The notes beneath the pieces were generated by a model. That model saw nothing but the letters and a program-made list of their open reading frames with translations. It ran no database searches and was not told where the DNA came from. A stretch of 64,000 bases of DNA from a virus: the IMG/VR virus record IMGVR_UViG_3300043185_000099, positions 87,956 through 151,955 of that record, one strand, 5' to 3'. The translations under genes were made by a program, and so were the position numbers. Positions 46,701 to 54,243 of the stretch are shown here, piece after piece. Numbering within the stretch: the first letter of the stretch is position 1; every line of letters begins with the position of its first letter.

Positions 46701-49700
46701 TTGGTGCCAATACCACCCGCCAGCGTGGGGCCGCTGGTGATGAGTCGTGTCGCGCTACTCGACAGGAGGACGATCGTGTTCCCCGCGTTCCCCGGTGTCA
46801 CCGCCGTGACAGTCACGACATCGAGGACGACGCCGGTGAGGACGAGTGCCGGGAGAGAAGCGACGATGGACGCTCCGAGGGACGTCGCCACGGTGGTGTC
46901 GTCACCGATGCCACCGAGCAGGGTGCCGGCGGAGAGGGTGATCCTCGTGGCGCCGGTAGACTCCATCAGTGTGATGCCGTTGCCGACGAGGCCGGGAGTG
47001 AATGAGTCAATGTCGACGACGTTCGACGCGCCGCCAGAGTTGTCGGCAATGACCCCTCCGACAAGACCGTTGCCAGCGTCAGCGATCGCCGCCACGAGGC
47101 TCGTTGCCGCTGAGATGTCGTCACCCACACCACCCGTGAGTGTTGCGCCGCTAAGAGTGAAGCGACCGGGAGCGGTTGTGCTGAGGGTGAGCAGGTTGCC
47201 GACCGCGCCGGGCGTGACAGCCGTGAGCACGAGCGTGGTCGCGCCCGAGGACGTGGCCGTAACGTCCACCGCGAACGAGTTGGCCACGTCGTTGACGGCC
47301 GCGAGTGCGTCGTCACGCGCCGACGTATTCGTGCCCAGGCCGCCCGCCAGCGTCGCGCCGGTGAATGTGAGGCGCGCCGGTGCGGTCGAGACGGTCGAGA
47401 TCGAGTTACCGCCGGTGCCGGGAGTAATCGCCCGGATGTTCACGATAGCCGACGTGCCGCCCGTGTTGTGTGCCTGCACGGTGCCGGTCATGCCGTTGAG
47501 CGGATCGAGGATCGCCGCGACGATCGCCGTCGCGGTCGTGATCTCGGTTCCGACACCGCCGCCGAACGTCGCCGGGATCGTCACGGTGCCGTCGGAGGAC
47601 AGGTTGGCGACGGCGTTGGCCGCCATGCCCGGAACCGTCCAGGTGGCGGTGACGTCAGCAGGACCGGGACCAACCGCGGCGCTCGAGAAGGCTGCGAACG
47701 AGTTGAGCGGGTCGTTGAGTGCCGCGGCGATGTCCGCGGCGATGGCTGCCGTCGTGCCGAGTGTGTTGTCGTAGTCGTCTGCGCCCGGCGTGCGAGGTCC
47801 GCCTGCCGGGGTCAAGACGTACGGACCGCCCGCGATGGCGCCCGTATCGATCGTGATCGTCGCCGACGACGGAGATGCCGTCACGGTGATGAGAGCCGTC
47901 GCTTGTGTGCCAGCATCGAAATTCAGACCGCCGGGCGTGGTGACATCGTCGGCCGTGAGCGGGATGCCGGCGATGGTGATCGTGTCGCCGTAGAGCACAC
48001 CTGTGCTCGGGAGCGCCGTCACGACCACGGTCAGCATCGTGGTGGCGCGAACGCCGGCGTTGAAGTCGTCGGCACCGGAGGTACGAGCGACATCGACGGG
48101 CGTGAGCACGTTGCCGTTGATCGTGACCGTGTCCGCCGCCACGACGGGATACGGAGCGGCCGAGGCCACGCGGACGCCGCTGAAGCCGATCGTGCCCGTA
48201 GCCGCGGTCCCGACGTTAAAGTCGAGGCCACCCGGCGTCTGCGTGTTGCTGGCCGTCAGCGTGACAGGACCACCACCCACGACCGACGTGTCGATCGTGA
48301 TTGTGTCGCCGTACTGGACCCCCGTCAGGGTCGCCGTTCCATCGGCTCGCGTCCCGACATCAAACTGATTCGCGGCCGGGACTCCTTCGACGCCTGTGAA
48401 GACCTGACCGTCAACGGTAACCGTGTCACCGGGGATGGGCCCCGAAACCGTGATCGTTCCCGTGGCGCGTGTGCCCTCATTGAAGTCGAGGCCACCAGGC
48501 GTCTGTGATCCAAGCGCGGTGATGACGATCGGGCCGCCGCCGGCATCAATCGTGAACGTGTCACCTGGCTGGACACCCATCGGAATGAGGGTCGCCCTCG
48601 CCTGTCCCGTGTCGAAGTTCTGGTCGCCCGTCGTTTGGGCGAGATCACCCGTGAGGGTCACGCCGTCGATCGTGATCGTGTCCCCGATGACCGCGAGCGC
48701 CGACGTCACCGTGCCGGTGGCGAACGTACCGAGGTCGGTCGGAGTACCCGAGAACGTGAACCGAAGCTGTCCGTCGGAGTTCGCCGTGGTGGTGATGTCC
48801 ATCCCGGAGAAGACGGCGGGGAGAGCCCCAATGGCTGTCTGCAACGCTGAGTCGACTGCGGCCGCCAGGGTCGTCGGCGACGTGTACGTTCCGGGAGCGA
48901 TCGTGGCCGTGACAGGCCCCGTGGTCCCGCTGGTCACGCCCGCATAGTTGAAGACGAGCTTGTCGTAGCGTCCCGCGGTGATCGTGAGCGATCCGAGGAA
49001 CCGTGTCGTCCCATCGAGGAATGGGTTGTTGGCCACGAGCTTCGCCTCGGCGTTGATCGCCTCGACGTAGGCATCGGCGTCCACGGCCGTCTGGGACGGG
49101 ACGATGGTCGTGATGACGACCCCGTCCACTGTGAACGACACGTTGTCGTTGATGCCGCTCAGGATGTCGTAGGTCGTCTTGCCGGAGTCGTCGGTGTACT
49201 GAATCTCCTCACCGAGCAAGCTCGCGTAGAACCCGAGTCCCGCGATCCCATGCGGTGCGGAGAGATCGATGCCCGCAGCGCCGCCCGCCAGAGCGGAACT
49301 GTCGATGGTGAAGCGGGCGCGATCCGAGGCCCCAGAGACGAAGAAGTACGGACCCGCACCGGGCACCGTGAACTTCGCGATGGTGGCGTCCTTTTCCGCG
49401 AACTGCACGGTGACCGTCTCTTCGACGGGGCCGGATGTGCCTCCTTCGAAGTGCACGTCGGGGGTGAGTTCACTGCCCGACGGGAACTCGATCGTGACGC
49501 CCGTGAGCGCGGGACCCTTGCTCCCGAACTTCGGCGTGTAGATCGGGTTGCCGTTCTTGTCGAACAGGAAGTACGTGCCGATCCCAGACGGTCCGCTGGT
49601 CTCGACTTGGACCGTGTACTCCTCGTCGACCATGATGTTGTACCAGAAGGTAGCGAACACGGTCGCGCCGACGGGCACGGGATCCTTGAGCGTGATGACG

Positions 49701-51238
49701 GTTCCCTCGACCTTCGTCACCGCCACCGGGCCACGGTTGAGTGCGTCCTCGGATCCGAATCCCCAGTATGCCTTGACGAGATTCGGGTTGTTCGTCGGGA
49801 GGTCGATGCGGTTGTTCGAGACTGACAGGAACACATCCTGCCCCAGCGGCGTGTCGCGGCCGTTGCCGGTCGTCGGCTGCACCGGCAGCTTGAACTGGAG
49901 GCGGTTCTCGACGGCTGGAATCACCGTGTCGTCCACCACCGGCTCGGCCTCGGCCAGGAACCAACGATTGTCGATCAGGAGACCCGAGATCTGCGTCGGT
50001 CCGAACGGAGGGGCTCCCGGCGTGGTGATTCCTGGGGAGACCAGGAAGGCCGCTCCCCAGACAATCAGGTCGTCCTTGAGAACGAAATCGGCTCCCTCAA
50101 TGAAGTCGCTGTTGCCCGGCACGATGCCGCAACGGATGACCTCAGTGACATTGATGTTCGCGAGGTAATCGAACGTGTCCTGCCACGTGTTGAAGAAGTA
50201 CTGGATCGTGACGGTGTCGCCGACCGCCGGGGCGAAGGGCAGCGTCACGGCTCTGTTCTGGCCATCGACCTCCGTCGGAATGACCTGGACCGAGTTGACA
50301 CGCACAGTCACCTTCGACGTGTCAGTCGTGGTGATGCCGCCGTTTGAACCGTCGACGATAGGCCCGTTGAAGGTGAAGAACGTGCGGTTCCGACGCGTGT
50401 TCTGGTTCTGCGTGAAGCCGAGGACCGAGTTGGCCGTGCCGTTCCCGATCAGGAGATCGTTGTCGGCAACAAGGCGCACCGCCGTGAGACCGAAGTTATT
50501 GGTGTAGGTCGACGCCACCAGCGACGTGCCAGCCGCAGCCCCGTTGATCAGGGAGACCACCGTAGCGGCCGTGACGCTGCCGGTGGGGAACGTGGCGGTC
50601 ACAACCTGCTGCGTGGTTGCCGACTGATCGAAGTCCACCGTCACGATGAACTGGTTGTTGGAGGAGGTGAACTCGTAGGCGTTGCCGAGGGCCCCCTCGA
50701 GAATCGCTCCCTGCGTGGACACCTGGTTGGACAGGTTGTCTGTGGTCTGTGTGTCAGTGCGCTTGAAGAAGTAGGTGACCCGCACGTCATCGCCGAAAAC
50801 CGGCGCCGTGCTGATCTCGATCACGCCGATGTCGGCGCGAGCCACGCTCAGCACCACGTCGGGGCGGCCATTGATGGTGACCAGGATCGAGCTGGGATCG
50901 GTCGCCGTCCGACCCGCCCCCGACCCGTCCGTGATCGGGTAGTTACGGACCTGGATGCGGCGGCGCTCTCCGTTGAAGTCTCCGAGGATGACCTCGCCGG
51001 TCATCGTGATCTCCACGACGGCTCGACCGGTCTCGTCCTCCTGGGGGACCTGCTGGTCGACCGAGCTGCTTGAGCCACGGATGACCTCCAGGTCCTGTTG
51101 CTGGAGCAGCTCGTTGCCCGTCCCGATCAGCACTGGGATGCGGACGCCCGCGAGCACGCCCGAGACCGGGCTGTCGAAAAGCGTGCGGGTGTACACGCCC
51201 GGCGGGCTGTAAATGGTACCTGGAAAATCAGCGGGCAT
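43796..51238 (-). CDS. Contractile tail sheath protein, giant (2480 aa), with large domain insertions
   Basis: N-terminal YSPPGVYTRT; C-terminal sheath motifs (VRQGLTTD...TIADEV...DPTVVEVEAFYQPVFPLLYIVITFNL). Confidence 0.9.
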   Translation of the reverse strand: MPADFPGTIYSPPGVYTRTLFDSPVSGVLAGVRIPVLIGTGNELLQQQDLEVIRGSSSSVDQQVPQEDETGRAVVEITMTGEVILGDFNGERRRIQVRNYPITDGSGAGRTATDPSSILVTINGRPDVVLSVARADIGVIEISTAPVFGDDVRVTYFFKRTDTQTTDNLSNQVSTQGAILEGALGNAYEFTSSNNQFIVTVDFDQSATTQQVVTATFPTGSVTAATVVSLINGAAAGTSLVASTYTNNFGLTAVRLVADNDLLIGNGTANSVLGFTQNQNTRRNRTFFTFNGPIVDGSNGGITTTDTSKVTVRVNSVQVIPTEVDGQNRAVTLPFAPAVGDTVTIQYFFNTWQDTFDYLANINVTEVIRCGIVPGNSDFIEGADFVLKDDLIVWGAAFLVSPGITTPGAPPFGPTQISGLLIDNRWFLAEAEPVVDDTVIPAVENRLQFKLPVQPTTGNGRDTPLGQDVFLSVSNNRIDLPTNNPNLVKAYWGFGSEDALNRGPVAVTKVEGTVITLKDPVPVGATVFATFWYNIMVDEEYTVQVETSGPSGIGTYFLFDKNGNPIYTPKFGSKGPALTGVTIEFPSGSELTPDVHFEGGTSGPVEETVTVQFAEKDATIAKFTVPGAGPYFFVSGASDRARFTIDSSALAGGAAGIDLSAPHGIAGLGFYASLLGEEIQYTDDSGKTTYDILSGINDNVSFTVDGVVITTIVPSQTAVDADAYVEAINAEAKLVANNPFLDGTTRFLGSLTITAGRYDKLVFNYAGVTSGTTGPVTATIAPGTYTSPTTLAAAVDSALQTAIGALPAVFSGMDITTTANSDGQLRFTFSGTPTDLGTFATGTVTSALAVIGDTITIDGVTLTGDLAQTTGDQNFDTGQARATLIPMGVQPGDTFTIDAGGGPIVITALGSQTPGGLDFNEGTRATGTITVSGPIPGDTVTVDGQVFTGVEGVPAANQFDVGTRADGTATLTGVQYGDTITIDTSVVGGGPVTLTASNTQTPGGLDFNVGTAATGTIGFSGVRVASAAPYPVVAADTVTINGNVLTPVDVARTSGADDFNAGVRATTMLTVVVTALPSTGVLYGDTITIAGIPLTADDVTTPGGLNFDAGTQATALITVTASPSSATITIDTGAIAGGPYVLTPAGGPRTPGADDYDNTLGTTAAIAADIAAALNDPLNSFAAFSSAAVGPGPADVTATWTVPGMAANAVANLSSDGTVTIPATFGGGVGTEITTATAIVAAILDPLNGMTGTVQAHNTGGTSAIVNIRAITPGTGGNSISTVSTAPARLTFTGATLAGGLGTNTSARDDALAAVNDVANSFAVDVTATSSGATTLVLTAVTPGAVGNLLTLSTTAPGRFTLSGATLTGGVGDDISAATSLVAAIADAGNGLVGGVIADNSGGASNVVDIDSFTPGLVGNGITLMESTGATRITLSAGTLLGGIGDDTTVATSLGASIVASLPALVLTGVVLDVVTVTAVTPGNAGNTIVLLSSSATRLITSGPTLAGGIGTNLTVASSIVAAINDAGNGLAAAVTADNEGGTVTTVTVWADTPGVIGNTYTIASSTGVRLPVSGASFAGGGTTVQVATSIVAAISDAGNGLVGIVTADNSSGTSAVVDITAAVPGPSGNFITLASSTAIRLPVSGATLTGGSGLGGGVWEFLDAATVAEDFAILCGLSTDALPGQEQTKVVDGDIARRFTVSGASGRLVYDRIIMRNRILPGSGSLEPQSQVDRTNLIVQGTNATTETGLAAKAVGLAGIEATLRPASLVGEVGFKDGQVAAGTFADARDGQPRVRFYASGGVNPQNNVWKVNIDGTAFTVVFRDATGAAIPAAGQADVPLGPISIANTVLRQIQNAAVGAGLPASVVAQEGASIRLVSSVVTPSSAITIGNGNANNVLGFSEGATAARSTVDPELVASALMMHHSSTINGAILDYQAPDLTFFAAQALAGVERDLTASEFLFIESQANNIVGLGSSSNILFDTATTADWLLTGTGLGVTSGQGAAGETGFQGFFVTSSDPVDGSGSANTSCFNNGVGQDGMISQSYRDTVTGLVFTILPRTGGADYPTGAGASFTFQVRKLVTTDANIPVNSIPGLEMTVANTEGSSIPQGDTAIVETFDRGGQEPAVGDSYFVTYNYAKTAADFETMLFTSQRAVERNYGDTTPDNPVSLAGFLAFLNGAVVLGIKQVPKIPGSNQASTQSYIDALNDLRGALPGGAVLDTITPLRGDDVDLFLSLSNHCDIQSSIRFRAERTGIIGVSSGTQPTDVGGIAQQIQNTRIRLVYPDIVTLTIQDALGNFKQFLVDGTYLAAAMAGNRASPNIDVATPWTRARIVGFDELARKLDAVEQNQVAVQGVTVMEQRGTVIRVRQGLTTDMSNILTKLPTVITIADEVQRASRRDLDRFIGIKFLPGVLSEIEGQLSTTLKSLKNAEIIAAYTGVQARTTNDPTVVEVEAFYQPVFPLLYIVITFNLRSNLGG
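46280..48725 (-). repeat. Nested repeat array in the sheath: 7 domain N-halves followed by 7 domain C-halves
   Basis: Seven ATGT..GDTITI..F(D/N)xG units, then seven A.S.VAAI.D..N...TPG..GN...GATL.GG units. Confidence 0.85.
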
Positions 51239-51239
51239 G

Positions 51240-52070
51240 TCAGCGTCCTTTCAGTACGACGTAGTCGTCGACAGAAATCCTTGTGAAGTGGAATCCTTGA
51301 CACGGAGTTCCACGGCGAATCGACTTCGCTACGGCATCAGAAGACAACCCAAGAATTTTGGCTGCTTCGGAGGCCGATGAGAACACGCAACCATCGGATC
51401 GGCGAACGGGGTTTGCGTTGCTTTCTCGGATGCGGGTCTTGTGCTCTTCGGAGAAAAGCCGTCCCTTGTGGGCGGCACTCATCTTGGCGCGCGTATCTTC
51501 CGAAACGGTGCGGCCAGTGTGAGCCGCCACCATCCGTTCCTTGCTCTCTACGGAATGACGCCGATCCTTCCAGAATTCGCCCCGACCGCGCTCCAAATTC
51601 AAGAGCTGTTGCGGCAACATTCCACGTTTCTTCGCTGACGCCGACATCTTCGCGCGAGTGTCAGCATTTGCGACAACCCCGGCACCACCCTCCGTCAAAT
51701 TGTAGCCGTGGGCCCGATCCGAGGACCGGTAGAGGGCAATGTAGGACTGCTCACGCTCATTGGCTTTCTCCAAGGTTGGGATGCCCTCCTCAAGCGTCTC
51801 CCAGACCATGGCGCACCTGTACTTGCGCAGCGCAGCGGCAAAGTGACGATTCTTCCCAACCCGTGCAAGATAGTGATGTTCCACTTTGCGAGCTTTGAGT
51901 GTGCGCCCAGTGATCCCGACGTAAACCTTCCCGCTCGGCGACGTGGCCTTGTACACCACGTACGTCGCGTCATCCGCGGGACGCGCCCCCCCGCTCGCGC
52001 TCGACTCGGACGAGGAGTGCGTCGCATCTGGCCACGGGGTCACCGTGACGAGTTCGTTGGTCTGGAGCAT
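51240..52070 (-). CDS. GIY-YIG homing endonuclease with NUMOD3-like repeats
   Basis: VVYKATSPSGKVYVGIT...R...GYNLTEGG; repeats HSVESKERM, SEDTRAKMSAAHKG, SEEHKTRI; C-terminal FSSASEAAKILG. Confidence 0.9.
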   Translation of the reverse strand: MLQTNELVTVTPWPDATHSSSESSASGGARPADDATYVVYKATSPSGKVYVGITGRTLKARKVEHHYLARVGKNRHFAAALRKYRCAMVWETLEEGIPTLEKANEREQSYIALYRSSDRAHGYNLTEGGAGVVANADTRAKMSASAKKRGMLPQQLLNLERGRGEFWKDRRHSVESKERMVAAHTGRTVSEDTRAKMSAAHKGRLFSEEHKTRIRESNANPVRRSDGCVFSSASEAAKILGLSSDAVAKSIRRGTPCQGFHFTRISVDDYVVLKGR

Positions 52071-52347
52071 CGAGGTCGGCTATTCGCTCGGGATCTCTCC
52101 CGTCTGTCGGGCGCACGTCTCCTGAGAGCGTGTTAGGCCCTGGGTGCAGTCGCGGATCGCGCTCGTGGAGCGCCTTGGTTCACGTCTCCGTGCCCGTCTC
52201 CGTCAGTCTGTCGGTTCACGTCTAGCCGTCCCCTCGCGGGGAGGAAGCATTCTGCGGGCCTGCTAGGCAGGTTGGTTCACATCTCGTCTGTCCGTCTGGT
52301 CACGTCTGGGTCCTCCGAGTGGGGAGGCCGGGTGTGCGACTGTCGCC
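52071..52347 (-). promoter_or_regulatory. Structured non-coding leader 2 (hairpin plus AGACGTGAACC repeats)
   Basis: AGA(C/T)GTGAACC at 52177-87, 52213-23 and 52274-84, with a variant at 52298-307; hairpin CC-TCCCC-GCGA-GGGGA-C-GG at 52226-52244. Confidence 0.6.
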
Positions 52348-52812
52348 TCAGCGAGCAGCCTCCTCGGAGGAAGCGCCACGGCGCTCCCTCCAAACCTTGT
52401 ATCGGTGCATGACCTCCTGGTTGACGATGCGGGCCCTCTTGGCGGCCCGGCGCTCATCCGGGGTCATGACGAAGTATTCACCGCCGTCGAGCCGGCTGAG
52501 GTGCTCCCCTGTCGTCCCTTCCGCGGCGATCACGCGGCGCTTGTAGTCCTGGCGACGTTGGAACTCCCGCAGATTGGCTTCCGCGCTACGCCCGATGACG
52601 ACATCGACATCGTGATCCACCGAACTCGCCCCGGTGTTCTGTGGAGCAGGAGCATCAGGCACGTGAGCGAACTTGAAACCCGGGGTCGAGAGCCGCCTCT
52701 CGGCCGGATCGCCGCATCGCTTGCAGGAGAGGGTGTCCTTGACCTTCCCAGATGGCTGCATTGTCCCGAAGCGCAGACCGCAACTCGGGCACTGGTAATC
52801 GAAGATCGGCAA
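52348..52812 (-). CDS. FmdB-like zinc-ribbon protein (154 aa)
   Basis: TTG start; MPIFDYQCPSCG...CKRCG...AERRLS. Confidence 0.8.
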   Translation of the reverse strand: MPIFDYQCPSCGLRFGTMQPSGKVKDTLSCKRCGDPAERRLSTPGFKFAHVPDAPAPQNTGASSVDHDVDVVIGRSAEANLREFQRRQDYKRRVIAAEGTTGEHLSRLDGGEYFVMTPDERRAAKRARIVNQEVMHRYKVWRERRGASSEEAAR

Positions 52813-52907
52813 GGCGGGGGTTCCGTCTACTTGGCCCGCCCTATAGCTCAAGTATCGGAAACCGGGCCCGAAACGCGGACTTCGTTGGACCGGCAGCTTC
52901 CGGGCTC

Positions 52908-54167
52908 TTACCGTAGCATCTCGCCTGTTCCGTAGACCCCTAAGCGCCCGCGCTTGCCGACGAAGAATGGGTCCCACGGTGCTCGGAGCCCAAGGGATGC
53001 CAGTACGCGGAAGTTCGTCTGAATCTTCGCGATTTCCTCGTCTGAGAGCCCCGCGATCTGCTCGATGAACGGAGAGATGAGAGGAGCCTGCCCTTGTGGG
53101 ATGGGCTCGCCACCACCCGGCTCGACGCCTCGAATCGTGATGCCGAGTGGGACGTGGATGCTCCAGTCTGTCTGGAGCTGCAGACTGAAGCTCGCGTTGT
53201 AGAACCAGTCGTCGGCGACCTCGTCGTACTGTTCTTCCGTCTCGCCTCCCATGTTGACGGATGCGATCTCGATTCCCTGGCTGGAAAGGCGCGGTCGAGC
53301 AGTCGTCCACAGGTAGAGCGCGGTCTGGTCGAGGATTTCGCGCTGCGATAGGGGATCCCTGGCGATCACGTCGACGTCAAGCGTGAGATCCCATCGACCT
53401 CCGAACTCGAGTGCTGATACGGTGCGCTTCTCCTGGACCACGACAGCTAGACGGTCCCCCGCGGTGACCCGTCTTCCGAATGCGAGGACGGTTCCAGGAA
53501 TCGGGTCCCGGAGCGCACGATCCTCGACGACCTTCCAGGGACCCGTCGTCTCGCCTGGACAACGGTAGTCGGCCGACAAGAACTCGTCAGCTTCTAGGTC
53601 GTCGACGAGATCGATCTCGCCCGTATTCGGAACCGCCGTGTAATTCGTGCCCTCATAGAGCAGGAGATTCCCCGGCATCCGATAGAGACGGAGCGTGCCA
53701 GCCAGGAACTTCCCTTGCTGGAGCTGGTACTGCGTGGCGTTGATCTTGAGAACCGTCTCATCGATCACGTCGAGCAGCGGGTCGACATAAAACGCTTGGT
53801 CGGTTGGCTCACCGTTCGCATCGCAGAAGTCCAAGTAGTAGATGCCGGGAGGCGAAGGGAACTCGCCGCCGTTGTTCTGGATGGCGATGAAGTCCTCGCG
53901 CACCCACTCTACTGACAAATTCGGCTTACCCTCCACATGGGCGAGGTAGACGTAGCTCTGCACCGTCCCTTGGAAGTTATCCGCGGCAAGCTGGACCTGG
54001 TTGCCGGCACTGTTCTTGAGCACGATGCCGAACTGCGGGCGCTCGCGAAAGCTGTACTTGCCCTGGATGTGATGGACAATGTCCTTGTACTTCGGGTGAT
54101 ACGACCAATACTTGCGGATTTCCTCGATGAATTTCCGGTTGATTTGTTCCGTGAGGAAGTAGTACAT
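52908..54167 (-). CDS. Putative tail-completion/neck protein (419 aa)
   Basis: Position upstream of the sheath; GAGGAG RBS; terminator-like motifs (DLTLDVDVIARD...FYNASFSLQLQTDW). Confidence 0.5.
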   Translation of the reverse strand: MYYFLTEQINRKFIEEIRKYWSYHPKYKDIVHHIQGKYSFRERPQFGIVLKNSAGNQVQLAADNFQGTVQSYVYLAHVEGKPNLSVEWVREDFIAIQNNGGEFPSPPGIYYLDFCDANGEPTDQAFYVDPLLDVIDETVLKINATQYQLQQGKFLAGTLRLYRMPGNLLLYEGTNYTAVPNTGEIDLVDDLEADEFLSADYRCPGETTGPWKVVEDRALRDPIPGTVLAFGRRVTAGDRLAVVVQEKRTVSALEFGGRWDLTLDVDVIARDPLSQREILDQTALYLWTTARPRLSSQGIEIASVNMGGETEEQYDEVADDWFYNASFSLQLQTDWSIHVPLGITIRGVEPGGGEPIPQGQAPLISPFIEQIAGLSDEEIAKIQTNFRVLASLGLRAPWDPFFVGKRGRLGVYGTGEMLR

Positions 54168-54243
54168 GGATCTACTCCTCTGCCTGGGCTTGGTCGGTCA
54201 CAGCGCAAAATCTCCTGGCCCATAGGAGGACTAGAGAACTAAG

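Noticed and set aside
43796-51238. Bacterial contractile injection system (eCIS/T6SS/tailocin) instead of a phage
   Set aside because: Neck/head-closure-like genes, homing endonucleases, an intein and phage-type accessory genes favour a large phage, although capsid and terminase genes are not in this window.
52100-52310. AGACGTGAACC repeats as a CRISPR array
   Set aside because: The repeats are only 10-11 bp, irregularly spaced, and no cas genes are present.
51240-52347. Group I intron housing the GIY-YIG gene
   Set aside because: No interrupted exon pair is evident, since the flanking genes look complete, and I could not identify the core intron elements.
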